DNA of 64,000 bases. Source: an uncultured Pelagibacteraceae bacterium (lineage in GTDB: Bacteria; Pseudomonadota; Alphaproteobacteria; Pelagibacterales; AG-422-B15). Positions 9,809 to 19,175 of the stretch are shown piece after piece. Where the stretch lies: contig CACNXQ010000003.1 in the NCBI GenBank assembly GCA_902624455.1, positions 39,029-103,028 on the forward strand, written 5' to 3'. Each line of letters starts with the position of its first letter. The first letter of the stretch is position 1. The position numbers and the translations under genes were made by a program. Under the pieces are notes generated by a model. That model worked only from the letters and a program-made list of their open reading frames with translations. It was not told where the DNA came from and did not search any database.

Positions 9809-9993
9809 CTATAAGTCTTTTCAATTATTCACTTTTTTCGTTATTGTAATAGTACTAGTAAAATAAAAAACACATATAAAATATCCCCAAAATGGGTCAT
9901 TTTTGTGAATCTAAGTACACCTTAGAAAGTTTGTAGGATATAACTAAATCCATAAATATCAATGAATTAGGTATAGATTCTAATTAAATATAA

Positions 9994-12900
9994 ATGAGTA
10001 AAAAACTGATCCAAGCATTAGAACCACGAGTTATGCTCGATGGTGCCGCTGTAGCCACGGCATTGGATACAATCGATGAGCTCACTCAATCCAACAAAAT
10101 CGATGAGGGATCAGAAAATAAGAGTACTAAATTTAAAGCAGCTAGCGATACCAAACTTCCATTTGTGAATGGAATTGATGCAAGTCAAAATGCGAAGTCA
10201 CGACAAATTATTTTCATCGATAGTGCCGTTGAAGATATCGATACTCTTATAAACAGTTTTGATGCTCATGCAGAAGTTCATGTCATCCAAAGTGATCAAG
10301 ATGGATTTGTTGAAATTCAAAAAATTCTTTCAGATGAAACAAATGTAGATGCATTGCATATCATCGGTCACGGTAGTGTTGGACAAATCGCATTTGGAAC
10401 AGCTGTTTTAAATAGTGATACGTTAGATGCTTACGAAGATACACTCAAAACCATTGGTTTAAGTTTAAGCGAACAAGGGGACATTTTATTTTATGGTTGT
10501 AATGTTGCTGCCGATCAAAATGGTGAAATCTTAATTAATCAAATTGCGGATATTACGCAAGCAGATATTGCAGCATCAGATGATGTCACAGGTAAAGGTG
10601 GCGACTGGGATCTTGAAAAGCATACAGGTATTATTGAGGCCAATAATATTGATGTTGTAAATTATGAACACTCACTTGCAAATGGAGTAGCTTCAACTGA
10701 TTCATCAGTGGTTGAAATTCACGGTGCTACAAACTATGAGGCACGTTGGACTGACCCCACTAACCGTGACGGACAAATGGATCCAAGCTCCGATCGATTT
10801 ATTATTTCTCAAGAGAGAGCTGATGTAACAGGTGGAGCAGGGACTTTAAGTTTTGACGTTTCTGGTGCGAAAAGTTCGCATACACCAAGTACGAGTGAAC
10901 CAGTTCACGTGTATTTACTTTTCTCAAACGATAATACCGATAGCAACTCTCGTCGATCTGGCTCAAGAACAGGTGTCGTGACTTTTGAAAACGATATTTT
11001 GGGTGTCTTCACTAGCCCCTATAAAACCATTGCAATGACTGGGATTTCAAAACCAAACGCTTCATATCCAACGGCAACTTCGGATAAGATTGGAATGAGG
11101 GATTTAGAATATAAAAACGATAATGCTCCAGGACAGCAGGGGAATAAAGACTGGTTTAGAATTTACAATTCAAACAGGTCGATTGAAATTGGTACAAAAA
11201 ACGGACTTAAAGGTGACTTCATTCGTGTCATTACTAGAGCTCCGACTACAGTTGTGGTTGAAGGTAATAATGATGCGGGTTATATCAATGAAGACTCAGC
11301 ATTAAGTGTCACAAATGGTGCTAGTGCAAATGATAGCACGCCTGATACATCAGGAGAACATACAGGTGATGTATTGCTTAATGATACCGGGGGTAACGGA
11401 TCTGATTTATTTGTGAGTGCAATACAAGGAGGATCCGTTGGATCGCTAGTTGATGGTACGTATGGTCAACTAAGGCTCTTTTCGAATGGTTCATACACTT
11501 ACACGGCTAATAAAGATGCTGCTGACACACTTGATGACGGTGATACAGTAACTGACTCATTTACTTATACTGTTAGTGATGATGCAAATAATACCGATAC
11601 TGCAACCATTACAATTACTGTTAGAGGTATCAATGATCCGATTACCGCAGTTAATGACACAGATGCAGTATTTGAAGATCAAAGTATCAGCCGAGGGATT
11701 TCAAGTTCTAAGGAGTTAGATCATGACGATACCGATCCGGATGGTAGTGACTCATCTGGTAGTTTTACAATTACTGCAATCAGAACAGGAAGAGAGTCCT
11801 CAAGTAGCGGAAATGTAACTGGAACTGTTAACTCAGCTCTAAATGGTACTTATGGTGTTCTAACCGTAGGTTCAAACGGATCTTATTCTTATGCAGCCAA
11901 TAGAAGTGGAGCAGACGCGTTAGAAGCAGGTGCATCAGCTATTGATTACTTTACATATACCGTACAAGATCACAGCGGGGGTGACACGGATACAGCTGAG
12001 CTTGCAATTACTGTTACAGGTGTTGGACCAGGCGCTGTGAATGATACTGATACTGTTGCTGAAAATGGTTCCCTCAATCGTAATGCAGCCGCTGGAGTAT
12101 TGGACAATGATGATGATAGTGCTTCATTTGACCAAGAAAATTTAATTGTCACCAACATCACTTCAGATAGCACTGGTAATAGTGGGAATGCTACACAAGG
12201 TGTACTCGGAACCTACGGAACCTTAACAGTTGCAGAGGATGGTAGTTATACATATGTAGCAAATACTGCTGCTGCAGAAGCTTTAGCCGCTGGTGATAAC
12301 AGTCAAACCGATGTATTCACCTATACAGTAAAAGATGATAATGGCGTTAACGCAGATACTGCAACTCTAACCATTACGATACAAGGTCAAGACGATGATC
12401 CTGTCGCATCAGCAGACACAGGAACAGCTACTGAGGATGGTCCACAAGTTTCAGTGAGTGCTGCTAGCGGTGTTTTAGCCAATGATACTGATGTGGATGC
12501 TGGAGAAACGTTAGAGGTTTCAGCTGTTGGGGGTAATGGATCAGCCGTTGGCCAAAATGTTACAGGGTCTCTAGGAACTTTAAATTTAGATGCAGATGGA
12601 TCTTACACATATATTGCTGATCAAGCTGGTGCCGATGCAATTACCGCAGGACAAACTGCGACAGATACATTTAGTTACACCTTAACTGACGGTGAAGGGG
12701 AAACAAGCACGGTAAACCTAGTCATTACGGTTACAGGTAAAGGGCCAGAGGGTGTTGCGGACACAGCAACGGTAAATGAAAACTCAACAGTAGAGAAAAA
12801 CAACGCGGCTACTAATGGTGTATTAGCAAATGATGACGATAACGCATCATTTGATCAAGAAAGCCTTGCAGTAACTGCTATCACGGGAGCATCAGCCGGA

Positions 12901-15900
12901 ACAGTTGGTGGAACAACAGCTGGTACTCATGGTACTCTCACGATGAACCAAGATGGTACTTATTCTTATGCAGCAACTAACGATGCACTTGATGATGGAG
13001 AAACTGTTAATGATGTATTCACGTATACGGTTAAAGACGACGATGATAAAAACTCAAGCACCGCAACATTAACCATTGCAGTAACTGGAGTAAATGACCC
13101 AATTACCGCAGCTGACGATACAGATGGTGTTACGGCTGGGTCAACCATAACAAGAGATGAGGCATCAACCTTTGAGTTAGACCATGACGATACTGACCCT
13201 GATGGTGATGATGTGTCAGGTAACTTTACTATTACTGCTGTAACTCACGCTTCAGGAGATCTTACAGTTGGTCAACAATATACAACATCTAAAGGTAGAA
13301 TTACGATCAATTCAAACGGTTCATATACATATATAGCTGATCAAAGCGGTTCAACAGGCTTATCAAACGGTGCTCAAACAAATGACGTCTTTACATATAC
13401 AGTGAGAGATCACAGTGGAGGTGATACAGACACTGCAACACTTACAATTACAATTACAGGTTCAACTAATAATGCCCCTGTTGCTGATGACCCGGAAGTA
13501 GATGGCAATGCTGGAACGGGATACATCTTAGAAGATCAAACATTGACAGTTACGAATGGTTCTACTGGTGTAACTGGATCTGACAGCAATAATAATAACG
13601 AAACTGGAGACAATACAGGAGACGTTTTAAATAATGATACCGATGCAGATGGTGATCCACTTACTGTTTCTGCAATATCAGGTGGTTCTGTTGGTGCTGG
13701 AGGTGCCACAGGAACATATGGAACATTAACCATTCAAAGTGATGGTAGTTATACCTACAATGCAAATAATGCAAACTCGATAGCAAAAGATACTGAAGCA
13801 ACTGACGTTTTCACTTACACAGTCAGCGATGGCAATGGTGGTACAGATACTGCTACCATAACTATTACTATTTTAGGAGTAAATGATGCTCCAAGTGCAA
13901 GCAATGATACGAATGCTGTTGATGAAGATGCTACAGCATCCAAAAATGCCGGAGCGGGAGTACTGTCCAACGATAGTGATGCTGATACGGGTTCAAGTAT
14001 GACGGTGACTGCAATTACTGGAGTATCAGCGGGTTCGGTTAATGGAACAACAGATGGAACTTATGGTACTCTGACTCTTAATGATGACGGCAGTTATTCT
14101 TATACCGCCAATAAAGCTGCTGCAGACCAATTGGCACACAACGCTACGGCAAATGATGTCTTCACTTATACGGTCAAAGATAACGAGAACGCTACTGCTA
14201 CTGCAACTTTGACTATTGTGGTTACCGGTAAGGGACCTGTTGGTTCAGCTGACACTGCTTCAGTGAATGAAAATGTTTTACTTGAAAAGAATGAAGCAAG
14301 TGGTGTGCTAGCAAATGATAACGGTGGAGATACTGAGAATTTAATTGTTACTAACATTGAATCGAATGATACCAGTAATACCGGCACTGCAGGTCAAGGT
14401 GTTTTAGGAACCTATGGTACTCTCAATATTGCCTCTAATGGAAGCTATACGTATACACCAAATACGGCTGCTGCAGAAGCACTGGATCAAGGTGATGTCG
14501 TTTCAGAAGCCTTTACCTATACCGTAAAAGATGACAATGGTGTCAACTCAAGTACTGCTACCCTTACTATTACGGTAACCGGTGTGAACGATCCGATTGT
14601 AGCAGTTGACGATACCGACAGTGTTGATGAAGGTCAGAGAATAACAAGATTAATCAGTGATGATCAGGAACTTGATCACGATGACACGGATGTAGATACC
14701 GATGATGTGAGTGGAAGTCTTACGATTACAGATATCAGAACAGGTCCTAAGGATGGGACTGGCACCGATGGTTCTGTTAATGTGGCATTACAAGGTGAAT
14801 ATGGAACACTTACTGTACGCCCTAATGGGGGTTATACATACATTGCTGATCAAACAAAATCAGATGACTTGGTTACAGGTCAAACAGGAACAGATATATT
14901 CACTTACACAGTAAGTGACGGCACTGAAACATCGACAGCTCAACTTACTTTCACAGTAACTGGCGTCAACGATAATGACCCTGTTGCAGTGGATGATACA
15001 GATACGGTTAAACGTGATGCTTCAATAACTCGTGCTTCTGGATCTGCATTTGATATAGACTCAGATGATACAGATGCTGATGGAGAAACCCTAACCATCT
15101 CTGCAGTACGAACAGGTCAAGATGAAGGTGGAGGTAAAGGGGGCCCTGCTAGAGTTGGTAAAACACTTGTAGGCACATACGGTACTCTAACCTTGAATTC
15201 TGATGGTAGCTATACTTACGCAGCTGATCAGGATGCAGCGGATAGTCTGAAAAGGGGCGATAGTGCTATTGATTATTTCAACTATACAGTGACCGATGGA
15301 GAAAGAACAGACACAGGAGTAATTGCATTTACAGTTGAAGGTATCAGTGATCCACCTGAACCAGAAGATGATACCCTAGAGGTTGATGCAGGCGCAACGG
15401 CTACAAAGGATGCAACACAAGGCGTATTAAACAATGATAGTGACCCGGATGGAGATACCCTAATTGTTGATAGCATTAGAACGGGTCGAGAAAATAAAAC
15501 AGGTACATCTGGAACAGTTGGCACACCAGGAACAGATGGTACGCCTCTTACTGGCAGATATGGTGACTTAATAATGTATTCTGATGGTAGTTACGAATAC
15601 TCAGCAAATAATGCAAAATCATTAAATCCTGGTGAAACAGCAACAGAATATTTCACTTATACAGCATTTGACACTGATACTTCAGTTCCTGCCGAAATTG
15701 CAATTACGGTTACTGGTCAAAATGATCCACCTGAAGTCGTATTTCCTGTAAATGACCCGATAGTAGTAACAGGACAACAAATCAACATAAGACACAAACA
15801 AATTTTTGACGATCCTGACAGAGGCGCATTTGACATTACTGAATATAAAATTATCGATCCAGAAACAGAAGCAGAAACCAGTCTTCCAGAAGGACTTAGA

Positions 15901-17109
15901 TTAAAGCAAAATAAGTTACATGGAAGTATATCTACTCCTGGTATATATACGATTACTATAAGAGCAATTGATGGAGCTGGTTTATATGCTGATCATACCT
16001 TTACAATTACGGTTCGACCTGCGCCAGGTTTTTTCGCTGAAAATGAACCTATTTTTGAAGAATCATCAGTCAATATTGAACCATTGGTCATAAAGCCTAA
16101 GAAAGATTTCCTAGCAGCAGTCAAAGAGGCATTTAATGAAGGAACATCTAATATCTCTGATGATGGATTTAACTTGGATACCATTTCAATTGCTGACACT
16201 GCATCTCTATCTAAACCATTAAAATTTAATGGTGGCTTGAGATTGATGGACGCAGTCGCTAGTGATGTATCTGATATTGAAGGGGCAGACTTAAAAGTCG
16301 GTGTTAAATTAAATGATGACAACCAAAAAAATGTAGAGTCTTATTCAGGACAACTTTCTGATGGAAAAGCATTACCTGAGTGGATAAGTATCAATCCTGA
16401 AACAGGAGAGACAACTGCAGATATGCCAGATGGTGTTGACCAGGTAGAGGTTCAACTTGTCGCTCTAGATAAAGATGGAAATACAAGAGATATTAATATT
16501 GTTTTAGACAAAGCGAAAATTAAAAATGACCAAGACTTTACTCGAGGTACCGTTGGTCAAACACGAGTTGTTGTTGATAATGACTCTAATGTAAATCTTA
16601 TTCGAGAAAATAATGGTAACGTGAATAACACTGCTTCAAATAATTTGAATGCCGATGCAGACTTTGTTGGCAATATGAAATTAAGCTCACTTCAAATGGA
16701 CTCAGGTAAATTTACAATAGATATTATTGATGATAATCAGTCCAATGTGAAAGCTTATAAAGCTCAACTCAAAGATGGTAGCGCCTTACCTGATTGGGTT
16801 ACGATTGATCCTGAAACAGGAGCTATTTCTGCTGATCCATCTCTAAGTAAAACTGATGTTTCAGTACCTTCATTCATTGCAGATACTCCTACTATTCTAG
16901 AATTAAAGATAATAGCAGAAGATGAGGATGGAAATGAGAGAACAATTGAAGTTGAAATAAACCTTGATGAATTACCAGTTTCAGAAGATGATAGTGCTGA
17001 AAGCCCTGAAAATAATGAACTTTCTTTTATTCCATTAAACGAGCAATTGAAGAACCAAGCTCAACAATCAGATAGCTATGGCGAAAAAATTATGAGTCTT
17101 GTAAGCTAG
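9994..17109 (+). CDS. Giant repetitive surface/secreted adhesin-like protein (N-terminal DUF4347, 12 VCBS-type repeats, cadherin-like C-terminal modules)
   Basis: 2371 aa. N-terminus [14 protein letters not shown] followed by DUF4347-like [14 protein letters not shown]...[16 protein letters not shown]...[10 protein letters not shown]...GGDWDLE. 12 repeats of GTYGTLT..DGSYTY.AN..AADAL..G....DVFTYTV.D..G..[16 protein letters not shown]. C-terminal LPEG/LPEW/LPDW modules. Confidence 0.9.
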   Translation: MSKKLIQALEPRVMLDGAAVATALDTIDELTQSNKIDEGSENKSTKFKAASDTKLPFVNGIDASQNAKSRQIIFIDSAVEDIDTLINSFDAHAEVHVIQSDQDGFVEIQKILSDETNVDALHIIGHGSVGQIAFGTAVLNSDTLDAYEDTLKTIGLSLSEQGDILFYGCNVAADQNGEILINQIADITQADIAASDDVTGKGGDWDLEKHTGIIEANNIDVVNYEHSLANGVASTDSSVVEIHGATNYEARWTDPTNRDGQMDPSSDRFIISQERADVTGGAGTLSFDVSGAKSSHTPSTSEPVHVYLLFSNDNTDSNSRRSGSRTGVVTFENDILGVFTSPYKTIAMTGISKPNASYPTATSDKIGMRDLEYKNDNAPGQQGNKDWFRIYNSNRSIEIGTKNGLKGDFIRVITRAPTTVVVEGNNDAGYINEDSALSVTNGASANDSTPDTSGEHTGDVLLNDTGGNGSDLFVSAIQGGSVGSLVDGTYGQLRLFSNGSYTYTANKDAADTLDDGDTVTDSFTYTVSDDANNTDTATITITVRGINDPITAVNDTDAVFEDQSISRGISSSKELDHDDTDPDGSDSSGSFTITAIRTGRESSSSGNVTGTVNSALNGTYGVLTVGSNGSYSYAANRSGADALEAGASAIDYFTYTVQDHSGGDTDTAELAITVTGVGPGAVNDTDTVAENGSLNRNAAAGVLDNDDDSASFDQENLIVTNITSDSTGNSGNATQGVLGTYGTLTVAEDGSYTYVANTAAAEALAAGDNSQTDVFTYTVKDDNGVNADTATLTITIQGQDDDPVASADTGTATEDGPQVSVSAASGVLANDTDVDAGETLEVSAVGGNGSAVGQNVTGSLGTLNLDADGSYTYIADQAGADAITAGQTATDTFSYTLTDGEGETSTVNLVITVTGKGPEGVADTATVNENSTVEKNNAATNGVLANDDDNASFDQESLAVTAITGASAGTVGGTTAGTHGTLTMNQDGTYSYAATNDALDDGETVNDVFTYTVKDDDDKNSSTATLTIAVTGVNDPITAADDTDGVTAGSTITRDEASTFELDHDDTDPDGDDVSGNFTITAVTHASGDLTVGQQYTTSKGRITINSNGSYTYIADQSGSTGLSNGAQTNDVFTYTVRDHSGGDTDTATLTITITGSTNNAPVADDPEVDGNAGTGYILEDQTLTVTNGSTGVTGSDSNNNNETGDNTGDVLNNDTDADGDPLTVSAISGGSVGAGGATGTYGTLTIQSDGSYTYNANNANSIAKDTEATDVFTYTVSDGNGGTDTATITITILGVNDAPSASNDTNAVDEDATASKNAGAGVLSNDSDADTGSSMTVTAITGVSAGSVNGTTDGTYGTLTLNDDGSYSYTANKAAADQLAHNATANDVFTYTVKDNENATATATLTIVVTGKGPVGSADTASVNENVLLEKNEASGVLANDNGGDTENLIVTNIESNDTSNTGTAGQGVLGTYGTLNIASNGSYTYTPNTAAAEALDQGDVVSEAFTYTVKDDNGVNSSTATLTITVTGVNDPIVAVDDTDSVDEGQRITRLISDDQELDHDDTDVDTDDVSGSLTITDIRTGPKDGTGTDGSVNVALQGEYGTLTVRPNGGYTYIADQTKSDDLVTGQTGTDIFTYTVSDGTETSTAQLTFTVTGVNDNDPVAVDDTDTVKRDASITRASGSAFDIDSDDTDADGETLTISAVRTGQDEGGGKGGPARVGKTLVGTYGTLTLNSDGSYTYAADQDAADSLKRGDSAIDYFNYTVTDGERTDTGVIAFTVEGISDPPEPEDDTLEVDAGATATKDATQGVLNNDSDPDGDTLIVDSIRTGRENKTGTSGTVGTPGTDGTPLTGRYGDLIMYSDGSYEYSANNAKSLNPGETATEYFTYTAFDTDTSVPAEIAITVTGQNDPPEVVFPVNDPIVVTGQQINIRHKQIFDDPDRGAFDITEYKIIDPETEAETSLPEGLRLKQNKLHGSISTPGIYTITIRAIDGAGLYADHTFTITVRPAPGFFAENEPIFEESSVNIEPLVIKPKKDFLAAVKEAFNEGTSNISDDGFNLDTISIADTASLSKPLKFNGGLRLMDAVASDVSDIEGADLKVGVKLNDDNQKNVESYSGQLSDGKALPEWISINPETGETTADMPDGVDQVEVQLVALDKDGNTRDINIVLDKAKIKNDQDFTRGTVGQTRVVVDNDSNVNLIRENNGNVNNTASNNLNADADFVGNMKLSSLQMDSGKFTIDIIDDNQSNVKAYKAQLKDGSALPDWVTIDPETGAISADPSLSKTDVSVPSFIADTPTILELKIIAEDEDGNERTIEVEINLDELPVSEDDSAESPENNELSFIPLNEQLKNQAQQSDSYGEKIMSLVS
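11260..15735 (+). repeat. In-frame array of 12 diverged ~95-110-aa VCBS-type repeats inside the adhesin gene, with a higher-order pattern of alternating linker types
   Basis: I counted 12 FTYTV/FSYTL/FNYTV/FTYTA cores. Linker types recur: ELDHDDTD(P/V)D...FTIT (repeats 2, 6, 10), ANDDDxASFDQE(N/S)L.VT.IT (3, 5) and a related [17 protein letters not shown] linker (9). DNA copies are clearly diverged by eye, not recent duplicates. Confidence 0.85.
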
Positions 17110-17121
17110 TCTCATAAGGTC

Positions 17122-17844
17122 ATGAAAAAATTATATATTTTTTTGACAACGGTTTGTTGTTTTTTACTCATTTTTAAAAGTACTTTTGCCAATGAGTCCT
17201 CAACTCGTATTTTAGTTACGTCAACTGAAGAAGCAACTCTATCCAGCGAAATTGCAGCAAAAGTATTATCCATTCCGGTAAAGACGGGAAATTTATTCAA
17301 AGAGTCAGATCCACTGATTAAATTTGATTGTTCTTTTTTTGAAGCTCAAAAGGATGTGGTCGAGTCAGAATTAGAGAGTGCCAGGGTAACTCTTAAAAGC
17401 AATCAAGATCTTGTCTTGATGAGAGCAATTGGTGATTATGAAGTACAATTATCACAAATTGCAGTAGAGCAAGCTGAAGCTGAGTTAAAGATAGCTCAAC
17501 TTAATACAGATCGATGTATTATTCGAGCACCTTATGATGGTCGTATGTCTGATATCTTTGTGAATGAGTTTGAAAGCATTGAAAGACAACAGCCTCTCTT
17601 GAAAATCATTGGATCGGGTTCGCTAGAGGCTAAGTTAATGGTCTCGAGTAAATGGTTGTCATGGATAACCGTTGGGTATCCTATGCAAATTGTAATTGAT
17701 GAAAATGGTTTAATGTATCAAGCCAAAGTAAGTTCAATTGGTGCAAATATAGATCCAGTAAGCCAGACAATAGATATTACTGCAAAATTTGACGAAAATT
17801 ATGATACATTACTATCTGGAATGAGTGGGACGGCAACATTTTGA
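17122..17844 (+). CDS. Periplasmic adaptor (membrane fusion protein, HlyD/RND-adaptor-like), short form with signal peptide
   Basis: 240 aa. Signal-like MKKLYIFLTTVCCFLLIFKSTFA; lipoyl-like SSEIAAKVLSIPVKTGNLFKESDPLIKFD; coiled-coil; IIRAPYDGRMSDIFV hairpin-return motif. Starts 12 nt after the adhesin stop. Confidence 0.7.
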   Translation: MKKLYIFLTTVCCFLLIFKSTFANESSTRILVTSTEEATLSSEIAAKVLSIPVKTGNLFKESDPLIKFDCSFFEAQKDVVESELESARVTLKSNQDLVLMRAIGDYEVQLSQIAVEQAEAELKIAQLNTDRCIIRAPYDGRMSDIFVNEFESIERQQPLLKIIGSGSLEAKLMVSSKWLSWITVGYPMQIVIDENGLMYQAKVSSIGANIDPVSQTIDITAKFDENYDTLLSGMSGTATF

Positions 17845-19175
17845 GTGAAAACTCTTCTATAAAAATAGCAAGACTAATCACCCTTGAAAAAAAGTTCCGT
17901 ATGTCAGAGACTGAAACGGAGCTTGAATTTACATGTGTTAATGAATTACGAAGTATAATCGATTATAATTTTTTATTTCTTTTAACTAAATCAAATCTTA
18001 ACAAGTTAAAGGTCAAAGCTATCTCAGATATTTCTGTAGTAGATAGAACCGCTCCAGCAGTCACTTTTATCGAAACTCTAATAAAAAAAGACCTTATTCA
18101 AAGTGATGAAATATCAGAATTAAGTCTGAAAGATTTAGAGAATGAAACTGATATTGTATTACCAGAAAATTTTCCAAATGAATTTATCACCGTACCCCTG
18201 ACATCACCTACGAGGGGTAACATAGGTTATTGGGTTATGGTTCGATCTGAGCGTGCAACCAATACTGAACAAGAATTATTGTTACACATTTCAGAAACAT
18301 TTAGCCATGCACTAGGTTCGTTTACTTCAAAAAATTCAATAATGTCTTTCTTTCAAAAAGTATTTACTGGTTGGGTCAAATGGTTATTAATTACCGCTAT
18401 TGCTGCTGCAATGTTTATACCAATAAATATGTCTGCCTTAGCCCCTGTTGAAGTAATTGCAAAAGATCCATCGATCATTACATCCCCTGTTAACGGTGTT
18501 ATTGAAAAAGTATTAGTTAATACTAACGATCCAGTAAGTGTAGGAGATGATTTAGTTAAACTTGATGACTTAAATTTTAAAAACAATTATGAAATTTCTC
18601 TTCAAGAGCTTGAAGTCGCAGAAGCTGAATTGTTAAGAGTTAAGCAATCTTCTTTTACTAATCCTGACGATAAAGCTAAACTTGTGGAACTGTCAACTGA
18701 AGTAGGTTTGAAAAAGAAAGAAGCTGCGTATGCCAAAGAACAGTTAAATTATTCAGTCATTAGTGCTGAAACTAGAGGTGTTGCAGTAGTAGAAGACTCT
18801 ATCGATTGGCAGGGAAGGCCAGTCAGAATTGGTGAAAAGATTTTAACCATTGCTGATCCAACTCAAGTCGAGTTTCTGATTTTCTTACCGACTAAAGATT
18901 CTTTGTTAATTCAAGAGTCTGCAGAAGTTAAAGTATTCTTAGACAGTGATCCTCTTAATTCTTTAGATGCAGAAGTTATTAGAACTTCATACAAACCAGA
19001 ATTAACACCTGAAAATATTCTTGCTTACAGAATATATGCAAGTATTGAGGATGTGGCTCAAAATCCAAGAATAGGATTGAGAGGTACAGCCAAAATTTAT
19101 GGCGAAAAGACCAGTCTATTTTATTATCTTTTCAGGGTTCCTATCAATCTTACCCGACAATTTGTAGGTTTTTAA
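17841..19175 (+). CDS. HlyD-family membrane fusion protein with N-terminal cytoplasmic GAF-like domain
   Basis: 444 aa. TTG start overlaps the upstream stop (TTGA); alternative ATG at 17901. GAF-like ending ITVPLTSPTRGNIGYWVMVRSERATNTEQELLLHISETFSHAL; one TM (WVKWLLITAIAAAMFIPINM); then IITSPVNGVIEKVLVNTNDPVSVGDDLVKLDD plus a coiled-coil and beta-barrel region. Confidence 0.7.
   Translation: MSENSSIKIARLITLEKKFRMSETETELEFTCVNELRSIIDYNFLFLLTKSNLNKLKVKAISDISVVDRTAPAVTFIETLIKKDLIQSDEISELSLKDLENETDIVLPENFPNEFITVPLTSPTRGNIGYWVMVRSERATNTEQELLLHISETFSHALGSFTSKNSIMSFFQKVFTGWVKWLLITAIAAAMFIPINMSALAPVEVIAKDPSIITSPVNGVIEKVLVNTNDPVSVGDDLVKLDDLNFKNNYEISLQELEVAEAELLRVKQSSFTNPDDKAKLVELSTEVGLKKKEAAYAKEQLNYSVISAETRGVAVVEDSIDWQGRPVRIGEKILTIADPTQVEFLIFLPTKDSLLIQESAEVKVFLDSDPLNSLDAEVIRTSYKPELTPENILAYRIYASIEDVAQNPRIGLRGTAKIYGEKTSLFYYLFRVPINLTRQFVGF

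Noticed and set aside
7617-9866. Several plus-strand ORFs (65-182 aa) within the OMF gene
   Set aside because: They are antisense to the 941-aa TolC-family ORF. The Ser/Leu-rich low-complexity translations mirror the Glu/Asp/Ser-rich sense strand.
9809-9993. Short palindromes (TAGTACTA / TACTAGTA) in the OMF-adhesin divergent intergenic region as a regulator binding site
   Set aside because: 8-nt AT-rich palindromes are expected by chance in DNA of this composition. I found no second copy or matching half-site elsewhere in the locus.
11389-11406. GGNGSD, a match to the RTX GGxGxD nonapeptide core
   Set aside because: It is a single isolated occurrence within a VCBS linker. RTX domains need tandem nonapeptides, so I do not call an RTX or calcium-binding block.
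11123-16322. About nine short ORFs (60-109 aa) on both strands inside the adhesin gene
   Set aside because: All are nested in a single 7.1-kb uninterrupted frame with clear domain and repeat logic. Repetitive Thr/Val/Ser-rich antisense frames stay open by composition alone.
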